From: an uncultured Gammaproteobacteria bacterium
GTDB taxonomy: Bacteria; Patescibacteriota; Patescibacteriia; UBA1558; 2-01-FULL-52-15
Assembly (NCBI GenBank): GCA_964441335.1
Contig: CAYTUI010000003.1
Coordinates: 1-49,086 of the forward strand
Direction: 5' to 3'
DNA length: 49,086 nucleotides
Shown here in pieces: positions 19,847-28,979 of the stretch. The notes beneath the pieces were generated by a model. It was not told the origin of the DNA. It searched no databases and saw nothing but the letters and a program-made list of their open reading frames with translations. Made by a program: the position numbers and the translations under genes. Each line of letters begins with the position of its first letter. The first letter of the stretch is position 1.

Positions 19847-21752
19847 TTTGATTTGGTGAGTAGCTGATGACAACTTCTTCAAAGACAGGGACATCATAGG
19901 CCGCCATAGTACTCAAATAAACTTTATATCTTAAATATCGCTGGTGCAGATGAGCCGCGTTATTTATTGGTTCTCCGCTACTGTCAGTATAATAACTCCC
20001 ACTGGTGCCATCAGGCCCCAAAAAATTCCAAGGGCCAGTTTCCAATTGACTGGTAGCAATTTGCATTCTAATTAATGTATTAGGGGTACCGACTTCCGAC
20101 CAGCTAACCCAATTATATTCAGTATTAGCAGAACCAGTATCAAAGGTTGATGATTCTAGTGTCCCTTGGGTTGAAATATCACAATCAGGAACACCGGTAG
20201 AAACAATAAAGAACTCTCCCTGATTGCCGGAGGTGGCCGCAAAAATAGTACTACAATTTGTGGACATGCCTAAAATGTGGCCCAATAAATCATAAGCGCC
20301 AACATTGGAAATATTAGCAGGATTAGAGACGTCTAAAACAACTAATTCTTCATCCAAAAAATTAGTTCCAACCAAAGCAAAGTCTCCAATAACCACTAAC
20401 GAGAAAACTGTTTCTGATATTTCATGAGCCCCTAATAACTGCGGGCTGGCCGGATTACTGACATCCACTATATAGAACTCCGGCGATGACCCGCTGTTAT
20501 CTGTGGAGACATAAGCCCTAGAGCCAACCACAAAAACATCATTAGCTTTAACTGAACCGGCTAAATTAAAACTTCCAACTAATTGCATACTAGCTGGATT
20601 GGTAACATCAACAATTTTTAACTCCGCTGCTGCGTCTTGAGTCGCTACATATAAATAGTTTCCGGATAAATACAGCTTCTCTCCGATACTGACAACATTT
20701 ACTGAATCTAGCGGCACAGGGATATTGGGATTAGAGACATCAAAGGAATGTAAAATATTGCCCTGAATAATAAAAGCTTCCGTACCGTTGGATTCCACAT
20801 CATTACCATCTTCATTACCACTAAGATCTGCGGATGATAACAAAACCGGCGAAGCAGGGTTGGCAACGTCAACTATTTTGAATTCTCCTGAATTGTCATT
20901 CGAGGATAAATATAAATAATTATTTTTTAAACTAACCCCGGTTAAGGAACTTCCAACTTCCAAACTGGTGATTAGTGCGGGGTGATGTATGTCACTGATA
21001 TCCAAGACATAAAGCTCTTTATCGGAAGGGTTATTTTCAGTCACTAAATAGGCCCTGTCGTCTTGCGCGACTACATCATTATCATCAAAGTTTCCGGGTG
21101 TATTGTATGATCCCGTGGTTGAGGCATTGGTCCAATCAATAGAGCCGATCTGCAGACTTAGAATACCCGGTATACTGTAATCAATCCCGGCATCGCTTGT
21201 GGAGAACCTATTGTCGTTTTGCCATAAATTCTGACCGGGTCCGCCCTCCCAGTCCGTCTGCGTCCATCTATCGGCCCGCCAGCGATGAATATAAGTGCTC
21301 ATCTGTTCCTGGTAACTGCCACCTTTTTGACTGGTCCAATCAACTGTCACCTGAACTTTATAAGTGTTGGGATCCAGGTTACCGGGGCTCTCAACAATAT
21401 CTCCGAAAACCTGTCCGTTGACGCTGTCCGTTCGATAGACATTACCGATAGTTATCGTCCTAAGATATTTATCATCTAGAGTTTCATTGCCACTTACCAA
21501 TGTCCAATGTTCATCTGTCAACTCCAACCGATAATTTCCGGGCTGAAAAGAGCTCCAGGGAATAATTTGCGCCGCCTCCAGTACCTCTTGAGAATAAAGA
21601 ATGGCCTGCAGGCGCTCCTGATTAACAGCTTGCTGTTTGGATGAAAATTTAATAACATTGAGGATCGCTATGGTAATAACGCTGATAAAAATAATAGCTA
21701 CTAATAACTCTACTAGAGAAAAACCTTTTTGATTATTATTACTTTTCCTCAC
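19839..21752 (-). CDS. Large minor pilin with LVIVD-repeat domain
   Basis: KGFSLVEL motif; repeated xIVDVSNPASP units; GTG start overlapping the upstream TGA. Confidence 0.85.
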   Translation of the reverse strand: MRKSNNNQKGFSLVELLVAIIFISVITIAILNVIKFSSKQQAVNQERLQAILYSQEVLEAAQIIPWSSFQPGNYRLELTDEHWTLVSGNETLDDKYLRTITIGNVYRTDSVNGQVFGDIVESPGNLDPNTYKVQVTVDWTSQKGGSYQEQMSTYIHRWRADRWTQTDWEGGPGQNLWQNDNRFSTSDAGIDYSIPGILSLQIGSIDWTNASTTGSYNTPGNFDDNDVVAQDDRAYLVTENNPSDKELYVLDISDIHHPALITSLEVGSSLTGVSLKNNYLYLSSNDNSGEFKIVDVANPASPVLLSSADLSGNEDGNDVESNGTEAFIIQGNILHSFDVSNPNIPVPLDSVNVVSIGEKLYLSGNYLYVATQDAAAELKIVDVTNPASMQLVGSFNLAGSVKANDVFVVGSRAYVSTDNSGSSPEFYIVDVSNPASPQLLGAHEISETVFSLVVIGDFALVGTNFLDEELVVLDVSNPANISNVGAYDLLGHILGMSTNCSTIFAATSGNQGEFFIVSTGVPDCDISTQGTLESSTFDTGSANTEYNWVSWSEVGTPNTLIRMQIATSQLETGPWNFLGPDGTSGSYYTDSSGEPINNAAHLHQRYLRYKVYLSTMAAYDVPVFEEVVISYSPNQND

Positions 21753-22225
21753 TGTATTATGCCTAATGAGTTGATAATTACAGTTCTGCTTAAACTTGGC
21801 CAATAAGCCACGCTTAGTTCAATAGTGCCGGTATTAACTGTCCGCCCTGTTACTTTATCAAAAATGATATTAGGACTATAGCCTCCACTACCATCAGACA
21901 AACTGGTAGCGGGATTAATTATTTCCAAACCTGACAACAACTCAACTCTATTAGTCGGGTTAGCAACATCATAAGCAAGGCCGGAAAACAAAACATACCT
22001 ATCCGATTCTAAATGCAGTCCCCAACCGTTGCCTTCGGCAGAAGCTACTGATAATTGTTGCGCTTTAGTCAGAGCACTTTTAAGCTGCTCAATGCCGTTA
22101 CCTAATCTTACTTGTTGTTGCCAGTTGATATAGGCGGAAAAAGTTATGGCGACCAGAATCCCAATAATGACTATTACCATAATAGCCTCTAGCAAAGTGA
22201 AGCCTCTTGTATATCTATTAATCAT
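21749..22225 (-). CDS. FimT/GspH-like minor pilin
   Basis: RGFTLLEAIMV motif; amphipathic LKSALTKAQQLS helix. Confidence 0.85.
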   Translation of the reverse strand: MINRYTRGFTLLEAIMVIVIIGILVAITFSAYINWQQQVRLGNGIEQLKSALTKAQQLSVASAEGNGWGLHLESDRYVLFSGLAYDVANPTNRVELLSGLEIINPATSLSDGSGGYSPNIIFDKVTGRTVNTGTIELSVAYWPSLSRTVIINSLGIIQ

Positions 22226-23460
22226 TCCGCGAAACTATTAGTCAATTCATAAATCGGTCCGATAACCGACACCGCAATAAATCCCACGACTACACCTACC
22301 AGTATCAACAAGACCGGCTCAATAATGACAGACAAATTATTCAAAACATTGTTAACTTTGTCTTCATAGAAAGCTGCTACTTTAGTTAAAATACTTTCCA
22401 ATTCGCCGGTTTCTTCTCCCACCTGAACCAACTGGATCATTAGGGACGGAAACAATTTCGGTCGTTCAGCCATGGCCGCATGCATAGAAACGCCCTTCTC
22501 CAGCTCCCCCGCCATCATCACTATTGTCTCCTTATATCGCAGATTACCTAAAGTTTTAGCAATGACATTTAAAGCCTTGATAATTGGCAAACCGGAATTC
22601 AACAGCACATGCAAATTTCCGCACAATCTTGTCAAAGCGATTTGCTTTATTAAATTTCCAACAAATGGCAATGATAAAACAAATGTATGTAGCCATAATT
22701 TTGCACCATAATGGCGAAAAATTAAGGAACAACCGACAATTAAAACTACCAGTCCGCCCAACATATACCAGCCGTAATTTATCACGGCATTAGTCGCCCC
22801 TTGGACTATCAAGAGAATGACCGGCAACTTCACACCAGCTTCCTCAAAAATTGAAACTAACTGCGGAAAAACATAAAACGTTAAAACAAAACTGACGGCA
22901 ATCAAGGCGATTAAAACCACGCTGGGATACATTAAGGCGCTGAATATTTTACTTTTCAACTGTTTTTCGGCCTTTAAAATATCGGCTAAATGACCCAGTG
23001 TTTCTGATAACAAACCGCTGGCCTCGCCTACCTCTATTGTGGCCGTCATCATTTCCGGAAAAGCTTTGGGGTATTGCTTCATGCCATCAGAAAATAGCTC
23101 GCCATTTTCCACCTTCTTTTTAATATAAGTAAGCACACTCTTCATGTACTTACTCCGAGTTTCCTCACGCAAAGTGCTAAGAGCCGGCGCCAGAGCCAAA
23201 CCGGCTTTTAACATGGTTGCTAAATTATCCATGAACAGCATTTTATCAGTCGTGCTAACATGCCCCAAAATCATCTCCTTCTTATACCAAGGTACTTTCA
23301 GCTCTTTTTTCTCCCGCTCTTCCTTAATGGCCTTTTTAGCGGCCAATTGTTGCTGACCTAAAGTATTGGGTTGTTCTTCCAGCTCTTTTTCATGAGCCTC
23401 CAAAAGCTTATCAGCGGTCTGCTCATCTATGATATTATGTTTATTATCTAAGTAGTCCAT
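22222..23460 (-). CDS. pilC: Type IV pilus inner-membrane platform protein (GspF family)
   Basis: Two T2SSF repeats; VGEASGLL, VGEETGELE, ALMYP, IIEPVLLI. Confidence 0.93.
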   Translation of the reverse strand: MDYLDNKHNIIDEQTADKLLEAHEKELEEQPNTLGQQQLAAKKAIKEEREKKELKVPWYKKEMILGHVSTTDKMLFMDNLATMLKAGLALAPALSTLREETRSKYMKSVLTYIKKKVENGELFSDGMKQYPKAFPEMMTATIEVGEASGLLSETLGHLADILKAEKQLKSKIFSALMYPSVVLIALIAVSFVLTFYVFPQLVSIFEEAGVKLPVILLIVQGATNAVINYGWYMLGGLVVLIVGCSLIFRHYGAKLWLHTFVLSLPFVGNLIKQIALTRLCGNLHVLLNSGLPIIKALNVIAKTLGNLRYKETIVMMAGELEKGVSMHAAMAERPKLFPSLMIQLVQVGEETGELESILTKVAAFYEDKVNNVLNNLSVIIEPVLLILVGVVVGFIAVSVIGPIYELTNSFAE

Positions 23461-23461
23461 A

Positions 23462-25192
23462 TTATTCCCTCTTGATACGCAAAACTTCAGTAATGGTTGT
23501 GACACCTAACAGAGCCTTTAGCAAACCATCCTCAAAAATAGTCACCATGCCTTGCTCCACGGCCGCTTTATTTAATTCATTAGAAGAAGCGCTACGAATA
23601 ATCGCCTCTTGCACCACATCAGTATTTTCCATAATTTCCATTACTCCAATACGTCCTTCATAACCGGAATTATGACAGCGGAGACAGCCCTTGCCTTTAT
23701 AAAAAGTCAGATCTTTAAAAGATTTTACCTCGGCTTCCACTACTTTCAATTCTTTAAAACGTTCTAACATCTTTTCCAACGCGAATTCCTTACTTAAACT
23801 CTCCAACTCGTCTTTTGACAATTTAAAACTTTCAATGCAATCAAGGCATATTCTCCTGACTAGACGTTGCGCGACTACGACGTTTAGAGTAGAGGAAACC
23901 AGAAAAGGTTCTACTTCCATATCTAATAATCGTGGCGGAGCGCCAGCGGCGTTGTTAGTGTGCAAAGTAGATAAAACCAAATGTCCTGTTAAAGCCGCCC
24001 GCACGGCAATCTGGGCGGTTTCTTTATCTCTGATTTCTCCAATCATAATGATGTCCGGGTCTTGCCTTAGCAGGGCTCTTAAACCGGTGGCAAAATCATA
24101 ACCGGCCTGCAGGTTGACTTGAGTCTGGTTAACTCTTCTGACGCCGTATTCAATCGGGTCTTCAATAGTACTAATATTGACTCCCTCGGTATTCAAAATA
24201 TTCAAAATAGAATACAGGGTGGTGGTCTTACCGGAACCGGTCGGTCCGACTACCAGAATCATACCAAAAGGCTTATCAACTTGCCGCCGCATAATTTTAA
24301 TATTGACATCTGACAACCCCAACTCCTCTAAATTCAAATTTTGTGATTCGTCAGTCATCAATCTCATAACAATCTTCTCACCATAAAAAGCCGGGATAAT
24401 CGATACTCTAACAGACTCCTCCTCGTCCTCAATTTTAAAAGAAAAGCGACCATCCTGCGGTACCCGGTGTTCATCAATACGTAAATTAGCCAAAATTTTA
24501 ATACGCGCCACCAAAGCATCATGAACTGAAGAAGGCAATTCGGCTCGATCTTTCAACTCCCCATCAATTCTGAACCTAATAACCACAGAATCAGGTAGAG
24601 CCTCAATATGAATATCTGACGACTGTTCAAACATGGCGTATTCCAGAACAGTGTCAACAATTTGAATGATGGGTATCTCTATCTGAATCGGCTGGCCATC
24701 AATTTTTCTGACCTTAGAATTGATAATGCTGACCAACTCGTCTTTGATATTCTTTTCATACAATCTGGAGGCAAATCTGAAATTCTTACTGGTCATCAAA
24801 AACGGTACCACCTTCATCTTGGTAGCGGCCTTAATCAGATCAAGGCTTTTTTTACTCTTGGGCTTTACAAAGGCCACTTTTAAAGTATCACCTTCTATTT
24901 CAAAAGGTATGGCCTTGGCGGTATGGACAACTTTTTCATCTATCTCGGCTAAAACTTTGGGGTCTAGCTTACGTTTGCGAAGATTTACATAAGGCACATC
25001 TATCTTGTCCCCTATTAATTCATAAAGAAAAGGCTCCTTTAGCAAACCTCGCTCAACCAAAATATCTTCAATACCGCGGCGGCGGCGCAGAGCATTTTCT
25101 TCGGCTTGAGCCCAGTCATTATCCTTAATAACACCAGAGGTTTTCAGTATCTCCTTTAGTTCATCTTGGGAAATTGGTAATTGTGATGGCAT
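23462..25192 (-). CDS. pilB: Type IV pilus assembly ATPase (GspE/PulE family)
   Basis: GPTGSGKTT, TIEDPIE, LRQDPDIIMIGEIRD, TGHLVLSTLHTN, tetra-Cys motif. Confidence 0.95.
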   Translation of the reverse strand: MPSQLPISQDELKEILKTSGVIKDNDWAQAEENALRRRRGIEDILVERGLLKEPFLYELIGDKIDVPYVNLRKRKLDPKVLAEIDEKVVHTAKAIPFEIEGDTLKVAFVKPKSKKSLDLIKAATKMKVVPFLMTSKNFRFASRLYEKNIKDELVSIINSKVRKIDGQPIQIEIPIIQIVDTVLEYAMFEQSSDIHIEALPDSVVIRFRIDGELKDRAELPSSVHDALVARIKILANLRIDEHRVPQDGRFSFKIEDEEESVRVSIIPAFYGEKIVMRLMTDESQNLNLEELGLSDVNIKIMRRQVDKPFGMILVVGPTGSGKTTTLYSILNILNTEGVNISTIEDPIEYGVRRVNQTQVNLQAGYDFATGLRALLRQDPDIIMIGEIRDKETAQIAVRAALTGHLVLSTLHTNNAAGAPPRLLDMEVEPFLVSSTLNVVVAQRLVRRICLDCIESFKLSKDELESLSKEFALEKMLERFKELKVVEAEVKSFKDLTFYKGKGCLRCHNSGYEGRIGVMEIMENTDVVQEAIIRSASSNELNKAAVEQGMVTIFEDGLLKALLGVTTITEVLRIKRE

Positions 25193-25254
25193 GAGATTAA
25201 AAATTATTAATCGCTACGCTAAATTATAACATATTTCCAGATTTTTTGTCGGAC

Positions 25255-25282
25255 TTGCTTTTATCAAACTTTTCCGTATACT
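25255..25282 (+). promoter_or_regulatory. Promoter of the tRNA locus
   Basis: TTGCTT...TATACT about 40 nt upstream of the tRNA-Ser fragment. Confidence 0.5.
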
Positions 25283-25321
25283 GTAAGTGGTTCACCATCA
25301 ATATAACTATGTTTATCGCCT

Positions 25322-25357
25322 GGAAGCGTGGCTGAGTGGTTGAAGGCGCCGCACTCG
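25322..25357 (+). pseudogene. 5' half of a tRNA-Ser gene broken in the anticodon (CG|A)
   Basis: GGAAGCG TG GCTG AGTGGTTGA AGGC G CCGCA CT CG; no matching 3' half seen downstream. Confidence 0.8.
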
Positions 25358-25422
25358 CCCGCTCGTCAAGCGAGCGGGTCAGCTCAATCGCCAGCGCTGT
25401 GCGCTGTAGCGATATGAGCTGA
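25358..25422. repeat. Twin GC-rich hairpin insert in the tRNA-Ser fragment
   Basis: cccgctcg-tcaag-cgagcggg directly followed by tcagctca...cagcgc-tgt-gcgctg...tgagctga. Confidence 0.85.
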
Positions 25423-25449
25423 AAAAATCAATAATAGAAATGAAAAGCG

Positions 25450-25701
25450 ATGATATTTTATTATGTATATGTATTAAAAAGTACTGTCATAAACAGACGA
25501 TATACAGGATCGACTGAAAACTTACCCAGCAGGGTGAAAAACCACAACGACGGAAAAGTTAAATCCACCAAACCATATCGTCCTTGGCAGCTAATATACT
25601 ATGAAGCGCATAGTAGTAAGACTCTTGCCAGAAAAGCTGAAATATTCTATAAAACCGGTCAAGGACGTAGACAGCTAAAAAAGAAGTTGGGAGATGATTA
25701 A
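25450..25701 (+). CDS. Stand-alone GIY-YIG nuclease family protein
   Basis: YYVYVL...YTGST...R...HN...STK.YRPW.LIYYE...ARKAE...K pattern; 83 aa. Confidence 0.92.
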   Translation: MIFYYVYVLKSTVINRRYTGSTENLPSRVKNHNDGKVKSTKPYRPWQLIYYEAHSSKTLARKAEIFYKTGQGRRQLKKKLGDD

Positions 25702-25705
25702 CCAT

Positions 25706-25793
25706 GGTGGATTGGCCGAGTGGTTTAAGGCGCCTCTCTCGAAAAGAGGTCGGGTATTAGCCCGCGTAGGTTCGAATCCTACATCCACCGCCA
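25706..25793 (+). tRNA. tRNA-Ser(CGA)
   Basis: Full cloverleaf: GGTGGAT/ATCCACC acceptor, CCTCT-CTCGAAA-AGAGG, long variable arm, TTCGAAT, G73, CCA. Confidence 0.96.
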
Positions 25794-25829
25794 ACTAAAT
25801 TTCTACTCTTAAACTAAGGCTTAGTCTTA

Positions 25830-25905
25830 ACCAAAATAGTTCAGAATTTAAAATTTTAAGGATTATAATTTGTTTGGGATTTGAAATTTGAGATTTGTGA
25901 TTTAT
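25830..25905. repeat. AT-rich heptamer-periodic element (mainly right arm)
   Basis: tttggga tttgaaa tttgaga tttgtga ttt. Confidence 0.55.
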
Positions 25906-25910
25906 TTAAT

Positions 25911-25982
25911 CGGGGTGTAGCGCAGCTCCGACGCTAGGTCGGAGTCCCGACTTCTGCGAAGCGGAGCGTCGGGATTGGTAGC
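25911..25982 (+). pseudogene. 5' tRNA-Pro-like fragment with twin-hairpin insert in the D-loop
   Basis: cggggtgtagcgcag[ctccgac-gctag-gtcggag tcccgac...gtcggga]ttggtagc, then truncated. Confidence 0.8.
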
Positions 25983-26014
25983 AAAACAAAAGGATAGGTA
26001 TTTTATAAAGTTAT

Positions 26015-26090
26015 CGGGGTATGGCGCAGTTGGTAGCGCGCATGATTCGGGTTCATGAGGCCGCCGGTTCGAGTCCGGCTACCCCGACCA
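26015..26090 (+). tRNA. tRNA-Pro(CGG)
   Basis: CGGGGTA/TACCCCG acceptor, CATGA-TTCGGGT-TCATG, TTCGAGT, CCA. Confidence 0.96.
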
Positions 26091-26144
26091 TCACAAAAAT
26101 AGTGTGCTCGGCATTTTGCTTGATATTTTAATGAAATAGTATAT

Positions 26145-28979
26145 ATGACAAAAGAGGAAGCTAAACAGCAAATTCAAAAGCTCGTTGATAAATATCAAAG
26201 AGTACTAGCAGAAGGAAAAATGAAATCCTACAATGAAGCCCAAACTCGCAACGAGTTTATTGAGCCACTTTTTGAATACTTGGGCTGGGACATGAGAAAT
26301 CTCACCAATGATAATGAAGTTACAACTGAAGAAAACGTCTCAGGAGGTAGGGTTGATTTAGCTTTCCGCTTCAATAATATCCCCGCCATGTTCTTAGAAG
26401 CTAAAGCAATGAAAGTTGATTTGGATGAGTGGAAATGGGCGGAGCAGGCTATCAATTATAGCTGGAACAAAAGTGTTACTTGGGCCGTTTTAACGGACTT
26501 TGAAAGCGTTAAAATATTTAATGCTGAAATCCCTCCCAAAAGCATTTCACAAAATCTTTTCATTGAAATTAAGTGTCAGGATTATATTAATCGTTTTGAC
26601 CAACTTTGGCTTCTCTCAAAGGAGAGTTTTGAACAGAAACTATTGGACAAGGAGGCTCAAAAATGGGGCAAACTGACAACCCGAAAACAAGTTGGTGAAA
26701 AACTTTTTGAGGACTTAATGTATTGGCGTATTTTGCTAACTAATGATTTCAAAAAACAAAATACCTTAACTGACGAGGAATTAGATGAAGGAGTCCAAAG
26801 ACTTCTTGATCGCCTTATTTTCATCCGCACCGCCGAGGATCGAAAAATAGAGCAAAATATTTTACTCTCTCTCCTGAGAGAGTGGGAAAGCAAGGGTAAA
26901 ACACACAATATTTACAAAAGATTGGTAGATGGGTTTCGTTGGTTTGATGAAAATTACAATTCTAAGCTTTTCGCACTTCATTATTGTGAAGAGTGGAAAG
27001 CGAGCGATAAAGTGCTAGTTGAAGTTATAAATGGTCTTTACGAAACAAAAGGCGGCTACCGCTATGACTTTTCCGTTATTTCTGCCGATGTATTGGGCGG
27101 GATTTATGAACAATATTTAAGCTTTGTTCAGGTTCGCAAGGGCGAAGACAAAACAAAATCAAAAAGAAAATCGCAGGGTATTTATTACACGCCAAAATAT
27201 ATTGTGGAGTTCATCGTCAAAGAAACGTTGGGTGAGGTGTTAAAAAAAACGAAGCCTAAAGAGTGGGCGAAAATTAAAGTTCTTGACCCCGCCTGTGGTT
27301 CAGGTTCTTTCCTAACTGCTGCCTACGATATAATTTTGGACGCTCTGGCAAAACAAAATCCGCAAACCTCGCTTTTCGCTAAATTTGATATCCTTAAAAA
27401 AAATATTTTTGGCATAGACCTTGACGCGCAAGCGGTGGAAATTGCTCAACTAAATCTTTTATTAAAAGTTTTATCTCAAAAAACAAAGCTACCAACGCTT
27501 CAGCACAATCTGCGAGTTGGAAATTCACTAATTAAGGTTGGGGATGAGAAATACAAGCCCTTTGATTTCCAGAGCGAATTCAAAGATGCTTTTGAGTCAG
27601 GTGGTTTTGATGTGATTATCGGAAACCCGCCGTATATCAAGGAGTATACTAACCGCGCTGCTTTTGACGGTTTGCATGAAAGCCCTTATTACCAAGGAAA
27701 AATGGATCTTTGGACTCTTTTTGCTTGTCGTGCAATTGATCTGCTTAAAGACGGCGGATATTTAGGTTTTATCGCTCCGAATAATTGGCTGACCAATGCA
27801 GGATCAAGTATTTTTAGAGATAAGATTTTGTCAGAAGGACAAATAATAAAATTTGTGGATTTTGGCGATTTTAAGGTGTTTAAAGACGCTGGTATTCAAA
27901 CCATGATCTTCATATTCAAGAAGATCAAACCAAAGAAAAGCTATGAAACAACTTATGTTAAGGTCGATGATGAAAGTATTAGTGAAGACGCGATAAATGT
28001 ACTTTTACAAACAAATTTTAAATCCAGTAACGACAGTATAGTCAAATTCGAGGCTACAATAAAGCCGCAACAATCAGTTGGAAAGAACATTGCATTTTCT
28101 AATCAGACAAACGCTGAAATTTTAAATAAGATAGAAACAAAGAAAAATTTTGACCTGACCAGTAGGGAAGTCGCGCAAGGTATCGTTTTTCCGCAAGATT
28201 TTTTGAATAAAGCAAACCAGATAAAACTGTCTAATAATTTCAAAGTGGGCCAAGGAATTTTTGGATTATCGGAAAGAGAGAAAGAAAATCTGCATTTGAC
28301 CAAAGAAGAACTAAAATTGGTCAAACCATATTTTACTACTGAACAATTAGGAAGATATTATGGAAATCCAAATAATAAACTTTGGCTCATTTACACAGAT
28401 TCAAAATTTAAAAATCCAAAAGCAATATTACCCTATCCCAACATAAAGGCTCATTTAGATAAATTTAGTGAGGTTATCTCCTCCGACAACAAGCCATATG
28501 GCTTACATCGAGCGCGGGATGAACGATTTTTCGTTGGCGAAAAAATTATTGCTCTGCGCAAATGCCCAAATAGACCAATATTTACTTATACCGACTTTGA
28601 CTGCTATGTATCGGCGACCTTCTATGTTGTCAAAACCGCCCGACTTAATCAGAAATATTTGACTGGATTGTTGAACTCCGCACTCATAAAATACTGGCTC
28701 AAACACAAAGGCAAAATGCAGGGTAGCAACTTCCAGATAGATAAGGAGCCTTTGCTCGACATTCCGATTGTTAAACCGGACGAAACTGAACAGGGAAAGG
28801 TCGCGGTCTTAGTTGATAAGGCAACGAAACTCTACGGCGATTATCGGAGTACATCTGCTAATACCGACAAATGGCATGCACTCAAAGCCGAAATCGAAAA
28901 ACTTAATGGCGAAATTGACGAGACAATTTATAAACTCTATGGACTCACCGCAGAAGAAATCAGAACAATTGAAAAGTAA
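26145..28979 (+). CDS. Type IIG (Eco57I-like) fused restriction endonuclease / N6-adenine methyltransferase
   Basis: N-terminal HsdR_N-like D...EAK...QA nuclease, GIYYTP, DPACGSGSF, GNPPY, TaqI-like C-terminal specificity region. Confidence 0.92.
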   Translation: MTKEEAKQQIQKLVDKYQRVLAEGKMKSYNEAQTRNEFIEPLFEYLGWDMRNLTNDNEVTTEENVSGGRVDLAFRFNNIPAMFLEAKAMKVDLDEWKWAEQAINYSWNKSVTWAVLTDFESVKIFNAEIPPKSISQNLFIEIKCQDYINRFDQLWLLSKESFEQKLLDKEAQKWGKLTTRKQVGEKLFEDLMYWRILLTNDFKKQNTLTDEELDEGVQRLLDRLIFIRTAEDRKIEQNILLSLLREWESKGKTHNIYKRLVDGFRWFDENYNSKLFALHYCEEWKASDKVLVEVINGLYETKGGYRYDFSVISADVLGGIYEQYLSFVQVRKGEDKTKSKRKSQGIYYTPKYIVEFIVKETLGEVLKKTKPKEWAKIKVLDPACGSGSFLTAAYDIILDALAKQNPQTSLFAKFDILKKNIFGIDLDAQAVEIAQLNLLLKVLSQKTKLPTLQHNLRVGNSLIKVGDEKYKPFDFQSEFKDAFESGGFDVIIGNPPYIKEYTNRAAFDGLHESPYYQGKMDLWTLFACRAIDLLKDGGYLGFIAPNNWLTNAGSSIFRDKILSEGQIIKFVDFGDFKVFKDAGIQTMIFIFKKIKPKKSYETTYVKVDDESISEDAINVLLQTNFKSSNDSIVKFEATIKPQQSVGKNIAFSNQTNAEILNKIETKKNFDLTSREVAQGIVFPQDFLNKANQIKLSNNFKVGQGIFGLSEREKENLHLTKEELKLVKPYFTTEQLGRYYGNPNNKLWLIYTDSKFKNPKAILPYPNIKAHLDKFSEVISSDNKPYGLHRARDERFFVGEKIIALRKCPNRPIFTYTDFDCYVSATFYVVKTARLNQKYLTGLLNSALIKYWLKHKGKMQGSNFQIDKEPLLDIPIVKPDETEQGKVAVLVDKATKLYGDYRSTSANTDKWHALKAEIEKLNGEIDETIYKLYGLTAEEIRTIEK

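Noticed and set aside
25322-25793. Group I intron within a single tRNA-Ser
   Set aside because: The downstream tRNA is complete by itself, its stems do not pair with the upstream half, and no intron core is visible
28813-28968. N-terminal extension of the 505-aa ORF
   Set aside because: Overlaps the RM gene in another frame; a later start is more plausible
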